From Planctomycetota bacterium (lineage in GTDB: Bacteria; Planctomycetota; Planctomycetia; Planctomycetales; Planctomycetaceae), in assembly GCA_041177585.1 (NCBI GenBank), contig JBEDAZ010000544.1, positions 1 through 25,239 of the forward strand: 25,239 nt of DNA, written 5' to 3'. Positions 8,014 to 14,981 of this stretch are shown here, in pieces; the first letter of the stretch is position 1; each line of letters starts with the position of its first letter. Below the pieces are notes generated by a model. That model was not told the origin of the DNA and did not search any database. It saw nothing but the letters and a program-made list of their open reading frames with translations. Both the position numbers and the translations under genes were made by a program.

Positions 8014-9300
8014 TCAGTGGTTTGTGTGATCTGCTGGTTTGTTTGTGGATTTCGGGCGGGGCTCGAGTTTGGCGTCATCGGGGTGCAGGGTAATCCAGCG
8101 GGTCCAGAATTCGGCGGGGCTGGTTTGTCGCCAGAGTGCGAGGGCTTTGCCGACGTGGGAGTAGAAGGTGAAGTTCTGGTCGATATGGTCCTGGGAGGAT
8201 TGGGCGACGTTGCTGATGAGCCAGGTGGCGGCTTTGTGGAGTTGTTCTCGGGGAGGGTGGAGGTGTGTCGGGGCGAGGGCGAGCCATTCGAGGTGGTGCC
8301 CCGTCGCGATGACTCGTTTTGAAGCTTTTTCCTGGGCATCGGCACGTTTGAAACAGTCGGTGCCATCGTACCAGTTGGAGTTCCAGGAGCCGTCGGGCCA
8401 TTGTGAGGCGATGATCAGATCGCGGACATCGGCGAGGTATTGTTCGGCAGCGGCAGCGGTTTCGGGTTGGAGCAGTTTGCCGTTGTGATCCTGATTGAGC
8501 CGAAGCATGAGGATGAGAGTGTAGGCGCGGTGAGTGCCGAGGCAGACTCCGCCGCGTTTATGGCTGCGGAGGATACGGCGAGCGAGGAGATCAAGGGTAA
8601 TCTCGCGGCCCTGAGCATTGTGCCAGGAGGTGATTTCGGGTTGAGCGAGCCAGAGAGCGAAGGTGAGGGCGGACCATTCGGTTTCACGTTCATCGGGTCG
8701 GAAGTCGCGGAGTGCTTCCTGGAGGATATCGCGGAGCTGGAGTGAGCGGGCGGTGGTAAAGACGGGGGAGTTCAGCGGGAGCTGAGCTTCGGTGAGGGCG
8801 GCGAGTGCGTGATCATGGTGTACGGAACCAGCGGCGTCTTCGGAAAACCGCACATGGACTCCGAGGCCGGTATCCACGAGGAGCGGCTGAGCGCGGTGAT
8901 TCCAGGACTGGAGGTGGCGGGCGGAGTCGGTGAGGAAGGCGGCGAGTTCCGGCCCGGGGATGGTGTCTTCGCCCTGAAACTCAATCTGGCTGCCCCAGGT
9001 GCGGAGTGCATGTTCGATGAGGTTGGGTCGGAGTTGAGTTTGGCTGAAGCGGGGGATGAGTTTTTTGAGGACAGCAGCGAGTTGTTCATCGGAGACGAGG
9101 GTTGGGTCGTCGTAGAGTGAGGGCACAGGTTTAGGCGCGGGTATATCGGGGAGTGATTCGAGGGGCCAGGGTTGTTTCAGGAGGGCGGATTTGACGGCAG
9201 TACGGTCTTCGGCGGAGGAGAGGGACCACGAGGCAGCGGCGACGGTGAGGGAGAGGAGTTGGACGCCGCAGAGGAGTTTGGGGGAGATGGGGGAGGACAT
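8014..9300 (-). CDS. Secreted hypothetical protein with a QW-type (prenyltransferase/terpene-cyclase alpha-barrel) motif, 428 aa
   Basis: Signal-like N-terminus; IIASQWPDGSW matches the QW repeat consensus (S-Q-x-x-D-G-S-W); His clusters HHDH, CLGTH, TGHHLEW, FYSH. The ORF is solid, the fold is inferred. Confidence 0.7.
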   Translation of the reverse strand: MSSPISPKLLCGVQLLSLTVAAASWSLSSAEDRTAVKSALLKQPWPLESLPDIPAPKPVPSLYDDPTLVSDEQLAAVLKKLIPRFSQTQLRPNLIEHALRTWGSQIEFQGEDTIPGPELAAFLTDSARHLQSWNHRAQPLLVDTGLGVHVRFSEDAAGSVHHDHALAALTEAQLPLNSPVFTTARSLQLRDILQEALRDFRPDERETEWSALTFALWLAQPEITSWHNAQGREITLDLLARRILRSHKRGGVCLGTHRAYTLILMLRLNQDHNGKLLQPETAAAAEQYLADVRDLIIASQWPDGSWNSNWYDGTDCFKRADAQEKASKRVIATGHHLEWLALAPTHLHPPREQLHKAATWLISNVAQSSQDHIDQNFTFYSHVGKALALWRQTSPAEFWTRWITLHPDDAKLEPRPKSTNKPADHTNH

Positions 9301-9435
9301 AGAGCTCTCTTGGTGGCGTTAGGTGCTTTTGTGGCGTGGGTGTGGGGTGTGGAAGTGAGAAGTGGGTGTTGGCGGTCCTGTAAGGCCGTTTTCGAATAGT
9401 CTGCGCCGATGAGGCTCAGGGGAAGTGGGAAGGCA

Positions 9436-11076
9436 TTAGATGGGTTGTTTGCGGAGGAAGATGACGGCTTGTCGATCTTCCCACGCGGGGGTCCAGTCGG
9501 GGGACTCCTTTATGCGTTTGACGAGTTGTGCGTGGGAGCGGCGGTTAACGAGTGCGAGGTTGATCCCGTATTCGTCGAGGAGTCCGTCCCAGTCTGCGGG
9601 TCCGTGGGTGAGGCGGATGTAGTCATTCCAGGCTTCTTCCGGGATGAGGTGAGCGTGGATGTTGACGAGTGGCCGAATTTGTTGTGGTCCGCGGTGCATC
9701 ACATAGCCGGCCCATTCGGCGGGTACGAAGGCGATGCCAGGGGGGTAGTTGGTTTGGGAGTTGAGCCATTGGACGGCAGCGACTGGGGTCTCAGGGGAGA
9801 CGAGTTTCGCTTCGGCAGGTTCAGTACCTCGGAGTAGCCGAGTGGTGAGGGGCGTGAGAGCGAGGCAGAGCCAGATGATGCCGAGCGAGGCGACGGTCCA
9901 GATCCATGGGGGGGACAGGGGGGATTCTTCGGTATTGGGAGCGAGTGATTCCGCAGTGTCGCTGGGTTGAGCGGTGCGGTGGCGACGATTGCTGATCCGG
10001 TGACGGGCGATTGCGGCGAGGTGAATTCCGGCGATGGCTGCAGCGGTGGGGCTGAACCAGTTGAGCATGCGTGCGGACCATGCGGCCATGAGTGCTGTCG
10101 CTGTGAGAATCAGGAGTTCGGTGGTGCGAATGCGTCTGGGAGTGATACCGAGGACGAGTGTTGTACAGAGTGCGAGTGCTGCGGCGCGTTGTCCGGCGGG
10201 GATACGCAACGTGAGGGGGTTCCATTCGAGCATGTTGGCGAGATTGGGGTGTGCAGCGACACTGAAGACTTCGGCATAGGCCGCTGGTCCGAAGGGGTTG
10301 ATGAAGACGGCGGCGGCGGCGAGTTGCGTGAGGAGCAGGAGTCGGTGGAAGACAGGATCACGGAGTGCGAGAGACAGGGAGTGGGAGGCGCGGAGGACAT
10401 CACCAGCTCGACCGAGCGCTGCGAGGGTCAGGAGCAGGAGCCCGACAATGAAGGAACCGTGGAGGTTTGCCCAGAGGGTGAAAAGCAGAGGAACGGCAAA
10501 CCACGAGGCACGGAAACGCACGGGACGATTGATAATCCAGCCGAGGAGCAGGCAAAAGAGGAGGAGGGCAAAGAGCTGGGGTCTGAGGACGGCGAGTTCG
10601 TGTCGATTGACGTACTGAAAGGCAGCGATGGCAAAGAGGCCGGCAAATGTCGAGCGGGCGTTCCGACATGCTGCAACGGCAACTGTAAGGAGGCTTGATG
10701 CAGCGAGGAGTGCGGAGGTGAATTGGAGGCCAGTGAGTCCGGTCTGTTTTTCGATGGCAGCGAGCGTGATTTCGGCGAGCCATGGCAGGTTGACCATGCG
10801 CACACCTTCGCAGATGGTAAGGAGGGGTTCGGTGCGTGGAATGGATTTCAGGCTGAGAATCTGACGGCCGTAATTGAGGTGATCCCAGACATCGGAATGC
10901 CAGAGCGGGAGTCTCGCGGAATAGAGGAAGATGAGTCCGACTGCAGCGAGGAGCAGTGGTGCGGCGACGGGCCAGCAGAGCCAGCCATGCAGGCCGGCCA
11001 TGGCAGGCTTCCCGACAGGAGCTGCAGGGATGGCGGGTGTTGGAGCGTGATTTGACTGGTCGAGGGCGAGGGACAT
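9436..11076 (-). CDS. Polytopic membrane protein, GT-C-like glycosyltransferase family, 546 aa
   Basis: About 10-12 TM helices plus a soluble C-terminal domain; SDVWDHLNYG after TM1, RPQLF, WANLHGSFIVG, INPFG, LEWNP, WAGY, as I recall from a widespread DxWWHLxxG GT-C-like family. Confidence 0.68.
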   Translation of the reverse strand: MSLALDQSNHAPTPAIPAAPVGKPAMAGLHGWLCWPVAAPLLLAAVGLIFLYSARLPLWHSDVWDHLNYGRQILSLKSIPRTEPLLTICEGVRMVNLPWLAEITLAAIEKQTGLTGLQFTSALLAASSLLTVAVAACRNARSTFAGLFAIAAFQYVNRHELAVLRPQLFALLLFCLLLGWIINRPVRFRASWFAVPLLFTLWANLHGSFIVGLLLLTLAALGRAGDVLRASHSLSLALRDPVFHRLLLLTQLAAAAVFINPFGPAAYAEVFSVAAHPNLANMLEWNPLTLRIPAGQRAAALALCTTLVLGITPRRIRTTELLILTATALMAAWSARMLNWFSPTAAAIAGIHLAAIARHRISNRRHRTAQPSDTAESLAPNTEESPLSPPWIWTVASLGIIWLCLALTPLTTRLLRGTEPAEAKLVSPETPVAAVQWLNSQTNYPPGIAFVPAEWAGYVMHRGPQQIRPLVNIHAHLIPEEAWNDYIRLTHGPADWDGLLDEYGINLALVNRRSHAQLVKRIKESPDWTPAWEDRQAVIFLRKQPI

Positions 11077-11301
11077 TTGGGGATCCGAAACCGGATGGTG
11101 GGGCGTTGGCAGGATGTACGGACAAAATGGACGGGTGTGTGGGCGATAGTGAGGCGTGGGGCGGTGCGCGACTGGGTGTCGCGGTCAGGGGAAGTCTATT
11201 GCGACTTTAAGTCCTGAACGCCTTCGATTCGTGGGAAGGGTCTGGCAAAATGCGGAGTCGCCGGGCAGGCTTGTCGGAATTGGCGAGCTGCGACGGTTGT
11301 G

Positions 11302-11329
11302 TGGCCTTGCGGGGCGTGTTGTTTTTTGG
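11302..11329. repeat. Direct repeat copy A (TGGCCTTGCGGGG-CG-TGTTGTTTTTTGG)
   Basis: Matches copy B at 12794-12817: 13 identical bp followed by TGTTGTTTT; lies just beyond the DUF1501 stop codon. Confidence 0.7.
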
Positions 11330-11340
11330 CAGCGTGGCGG

Positions 11341-12771
11341 TCAGCTGATGATGGGGTGGATGACATTTCCGGCGACATCGGTCAGTCGGAAGTCGCGGCC
11401 GGCGTAGCGGAAGGTGAGTTGTTCGTGATTGAGTCCGAGGAGGTGGAGGAGGGTGGCATGGAGATCATGGATATGGACGCGATTATGGACGGCGCGGAAC
11501 CCGAATTCGTCCGTTTCGCCCCAGGTCATTCCACCGCGAACACCGCCCCCGGCGAGCCATGTGGTGAAGCCATAGTGGTTGTGATCGCGTCCGGAGCCAT
11601 TTTCGGAGGTGGGGGTGCGTCCAAATTCACCTCCCCAGAGGACGAGCGTGTCTTCGAGCAGTCCGCGTTGTTTGAGGTCTGAGAGCAGAGCGGCGATGGG
11701 GCGATCGATGGATTTGCTGAGATTTCGGGCGGCGTTGTTGTGATCGCTGTGAGTATCCCAGGGTTGTCCGTCGCCGTAGTAAACCTGGATGAAGCGGACG
11801 CCGCGTTCGGCGAGTCTGCGAGCGAGGAGGCAGCCGTTGGCGAAGTGTCCTTCTCCGTAGAGTTCGCGTGTGGATCTGGATTCCTGCTGGAGGTCGAAGG
11901 CATCGCTGGCGGTGAACTGCATGCGGAAGGCGGTTTCCATGGCTTCGATGCGGGCCTCGAGTTGGTTATCGCTACCGGTGCGTTCGATTTGGTGGCGATT
12001 GAGGCGAGCCATGAGTTCGAGTTGGGCAGCCTGTGTGGAGCGATTGGCGGAGGCATTGCGGAGGAAGGGGATAAGTCGATCGGGAGTGATATCGGAGTGA
12101 TTGATATAGGTGCCCTGATGGGAGCCAGGCAGGAAGGCGCTGGTCCAGAGAATTGAGAAGCGGACTGGTTTTCCGGGGCAGAGGACGACGTAGGACGGCA
12201 GGTTTTGATTTTCGGAGCCGAGTCCCCAGGAGAGCCATGAGCCCATGCTGGGGCGTGTGGGGAGGATGGTGCCGTTGTTCATGAGCAGCAGAGCGGGCCC
12301 ATGATTGGGGTTATCGGTGAAGGTGGAGCGGAGGACACAGATGTCATCGATGCAGTTTGAAGTGAGTGGGAGGAGTTCGCTGACGGGCACACCGCTTTGG
12401 CCGCAGGGTTTGAAGCGGAAGGGTGAGGGGAGGAGTCCGGCTGTTTTGCGTTCGGTGCGGAGGTCAGCCTGGGGCGGACGTTGTCCGGCGTATTTGAGGA
12501 GCGAGGGTTTAGGATCGAAGAAGTCGCCCTGGAAGGGGCCGCCGTTCATGAAGAGGTGGATAACGCGGCGAGCGCGGGGCGGGAAGTGCGTTGGCGGGTT
12601 GGCGGAGTGAGCATTGGATTCGGCGGCGAGAGCGGCGGCGAGGGCGGCTGAGCCAGCTCCGGCCCCAAGTTGTTTGACGAGGCTTCGGCGGGAGAGTGGG
12701 CAGACGGAGTCGGTTGTGTGGGGTAGGACTGGTTGGGTTCCTGAGAGTGGTACTTGTGGAGCGAGCGACAT
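11341..12771 (-). CDS. DUF1501 domain protein (Tat-exported, sulfatase/alkaline-phosphatase-like), ~476 aa
   Basis: Tat motif SRRSLVKQLG; RVIHLFMNGGP..DFFDPKP, GEFGRTP, GRDH, LAGGG, GETDEFG, HIHDLHATLLHLLG, FRLTDVAG. Start placed at ATG 12771; the 109-aa upstream extension in the ORF track runs through the AT-rich intergenic region. Confidence 0.92.
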   Translation of the reverse strand: MSLAPQVPLSGTQPVLPHTTDSVCPLSRRSLVKQLGAGAGSAALAAALAAESNAHSANPPTHFPPRARRVIHLFMNGGPFQGDFFDPKPSLLKYAGQRPPQADLRTERKTAGLLPSPFRFKPCGQSGVPVSELLPLTSNCIDDICVLRSTFTDNPNHGPALLLMNNGTILPTRPSMGSWLSWGLGSENQNLPSYVVLCPGKPVRFSILWTSAFLPGSHQGTYINHSDITPDRLIPFLRNASANRSTQAAQLELMARLNRHQIERTGSDNQLEARIEAMETAFRMQFTASDAFDLQQESRSTRELYGEGHFANGCLLARRLAERGVRFIQVYYGDGQPWDTHSDHNNAARNLSKSIDRPIAALLSDLKQRGLLEDTLVLWGGEFGRTPTSENGSGRDHNHYGFTTWLAGGGVRGGMTWGETDEFGFRAVHNRVHIHDLHATLLHLLGLNHEQLTFRYAGRDFRLTDVAGNVIHPIIS

Positions 12772-12793
12772 GGCAGCGACCCTGTGGTGCAGT

Positions 12794-12817
12794 TGGCCTT
12801 GCGGGGTGTTGTTTTGG
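12794..12817. repeat. Direct repeat copy B (TGGCCTTGCGGGG-TGTTGTTTTGG)
   Basis: Matches copy A; ends 22 nt upstream of the DUF1501 start codon on the minus strand. Confidence 0.7.
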
Positions 12818-13030
12818 TTGACTGTTAATGTAGTGTGGGAGCGAGGGAGAAAGCGAACTGGAAAAAGCGAGTGTGGCTGATAAAGGAAAAGTCGATGTGA
12901 TTGAGAGTAAATAGCAATGGGGAAGAAAACATGTGCGGAGTGGTGGAGACGTCCGCCATTTTTTTGCAATTTTCGGGAGAAATTTCTGGTGATCTGGTGA
13001 ATTGAGGCGTAGTTGGAGTGAGGATTTGTG

Positions 13031-13059
13031 TTGGTGAATTCGAAGGCCCGCATTACAGT
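13031..13059 (+). promoter_or_regulatory. Putative sigma70-type promoter TTGGTG-N17-TACAGT positioned for a leaderless transcript
   Basis: -10 hexamer at 13054-13059 ends 7 nt before ATG 13067; exact 17-nt spacer; no SD before the ATG. Confidence 0.4.
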
Positions 13060-13066
13060 GTAGCGC

Positions 13067-13465
13067 ATGCGATTTGTCACGTTCATCATGCTGCCCATCT
13101 GGTGTGCTCTGGCTTTGCTGGGGCAGTCGGGGTTGCATGCGCTGGCGGATCAGCTTGGCATGTGCTGCCATGTTGGAACGTCGGATTCGGCGAGTACAGA
13201 TGCGAAGGACGATCATTCTGATTGTGTTTTTTGCCTGCGGGCTCGGGCGTCGGAGAACGCTGATGAGGCTCCGGGTCCGGCGAAGCATGATGCTTCGAAC
13301 TGTCGTCTGTGCGACTGGTTTCTCTGCTGGAATGTCCAGTCTCCGGCGGGTGTCTCAGTCCTGCAATTTTCGCTGTTGACCTTTCAGGACGTATGCATTG
13401 AATTGACGGCTGCATCCGGTCGTCCGATTACGGCAGTTTCTCGTGGGCCTCCCGCTGTGGTTTGA
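13067..13465 (+). CDS. DUF2946-like Cys/His-rich small protein with C-terminal RGPP motif (putative metal-sensing arrest/leader peptide), 132 aa
   Basis: N-terminal hydrophobic segment, CCH, HSDCVFC and HDASNCRLC motifs, and SRGPPAVV at the C-terminus (RGPP = 13442-13453). Confidence 0.8.
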   Translation: MRFVTFIMLPIWCALALLGQSGLHALADQLGMCCHVGTSDSASTDAKDDHSDCVFCLRARASENADEAPGPAKHDASNCRLCDWFLCWNVQSPAGVSVLQFSLLTFQDVCIELTAASGRPITAVSRGPPAVV

Positions 13466-13619
13466 AGGCCTGTTTTTGCGCGAATCGTGTTGACGTGTTG
13501 CAGATTTTTTGGCTGCGCGCGTGAGCAGTGCAATCGCGGTGTTTGAGCTGCCATGGCCTGTGAGAGGTGTGGCGGCTGACTGTCCTGCCTTCAGTATCTG
13601 CGTGGGATTAGGATCAGCG

Positions 13620-14981
13620 ATGTCTGTATCTGTTTCCGGTCAGCGAAGACCGGTTGTGCCCGTTTCGGGTGCTCTGGGGCAATCCGTCATTCTTCGAGCG
13701 ATACGTGCTGCGAACCGCATGGACGGAGTGTTGCGCGCGGATTTCTGTCCCTGGGCGAATCGTTGGGTGTACTGGATAAAGGATCCCTTCTGGTGTTTGT
13801 TGATGGCGGTGGGGTTATCAGCAGCCGTCGGTATTTTTGTGAACCCGATGGTGTTGCTGTTTTCTGTCGTCCTGAGTGTCTTGGGTGTCCTGGCAGCTCT
13901 GCTCCCGTGGCTGACGATGCGGGGTCTGGAGTGTTGTTTGAGTCTGGAGCAGAATCGCGGGCGGGTTGGTGAGGTTCTGGGAATCAGGCTGCGGATCCGA
14001 AATCGCAGACTCTGGCCTGCATGGGGGGTGGCATTGACGGGGGGCATTCCTGTTAGCGGCAGTGTGAGCGAGTGGGGGGGTACAGATGCTGCGGGAATCG
14101 CTTTGGCGAAGATCCCTGGTCGGAGCGAGATGGAGTTTGTCTGGCGGATGCGTCCATCAGTTCATGGAAGCTATCCCTCGGGCAATCCGGCGATAGAGAC
14201 GGGGTTTCCATTTGGAATTTTTCGTGCGCGGCGTTTCGTGGATGTGACGTGTCGGGCGATCGTCTGGCCGGCGACGGTTGCGATGAATGGCCTTCCGGAC
14301 TCGCCGGTTTTGAATGGTCAGGAGGACTCGATGTCGGATCGATCTCCTGGCGAGCTGGGTGACCTGCTGGGGACGCGGTTCTTTCGTTCCGGGGATTCGC
14401 TGCGCCGTGTGCACTGGGCGCAGACGGCGCGTCAGCAGCAGTTGGTGGTGAGTGAGCGGCAGTCAGTGGGTGGGAGTTTGGTGAGTGTGTTTGTGGACAG
14501 CCGGAAGGAGAGTTATGTGGCTTCCGTTGAGGGGGGCATTGGGAGCGGATTCTCATGGGAGCTGGCGATTCGAGTGGCAGCGAGTGTTTGTGAGTCGGTG
14601 TATCAGCAGCATGGGCGAGTGGAGTTGGAATTGTGTGGGCGGCGTTACGAGACAGGGGAATCGATTCAAGGTTTTCGTCAGTTGATGGATGCGTTGTCAA
14701 CAGCATCACCCGGTACCGGGGATGTGGGGTTTGGTGTGGCAGAACGACGCGGAATGAGGGGTGAGGTGTTGCTCACTATCAGTACTCCGGAGGGCATTCG
14801 GCGGGGTTTTGCGGAGACCGCGAGTCGGGGACGTGTAGCGGAACGGCGGATTTGTGTTTCGTCCGGGTCGGAGAATGCTGACAGGGATTTGATTCTGGCG
14901 GGTTGGAGGGTAATCAGGGACGGCAGGGAGTTAGGAGGGCAGTTACCGCGGCTTTGGAAGGAATTGTGCAATGTCCGCTGA
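13620..14981 (+). CDS. DUF58 domain protein (MoxR-associated) with N-terminal TM helices, ~453 aa
   Basis: TGFPFGIF, GDLLGTRFFRSGDSLRRVHWAQTARQQQLVVSERQ (DUF58 core), WELAIRVAASVC. ATG 13620 has AGGA upstream and is preferred to TTG 13509. Confidence 0.9.
   Translation: MSVSVSGQRRPVVPVSGALGQSVILRAIRAANRMDGVLRADFCPWANRWVYWIKDPFWCLLMAVGLSAAVGIFVNPMVLLFSVVLSVLGVLAALLPWLTMRGLECCLSLEQNRGRVGEVLGIRLRIRNRRLWPAWGVALTGGIPVSGSVSEWGGTDAAGIALAKIPGRSEMEFVWRMRPSVHGSYPSGNPAIETGFPFGIFRARRFVDVTCRAIVWPATVAMNGLPDSPVLNGQEDSMSDRSPGELGDLLGTRFFRSGDSLRRVHWAQTARQQQLVVSERQSVGGSLVSVFVDSRKESYVASVEGGIGSGFSWELAIRVAASVCESVYQQHGRVELELCGRRYETGESIQGFRQLMDALSTASPGTGDVGFGVAERRGMRGEVLLTISTPEGIRRGFAETASRGRVAERRICVSSGSENADRDLILAGWRVIRDGRELGGQLPRLWKELCNVR

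Noticed and set aside
11290-11335. GCCCCGCAAGGCCAC as a cobalamin riboswitch fragment
   Set aside because: It resembles the CCCGCAACUG core only partly, and no B12 box or other conserved elements are nearby.
12772-13098. 109-aa N-terminal extension of the DUF1501 ORF
   Set aside because: It crosses the AT-rich divergent promoter region, overlaps the leader ORF, and would bury the Tat signal.
13509-13619. TTG start at 13509 for DUF58
   Set aside because: ATG 13620 has an SD-like AGGA and the extension has no family features. It is not fully excluded, and it would shorten the leader spacer.
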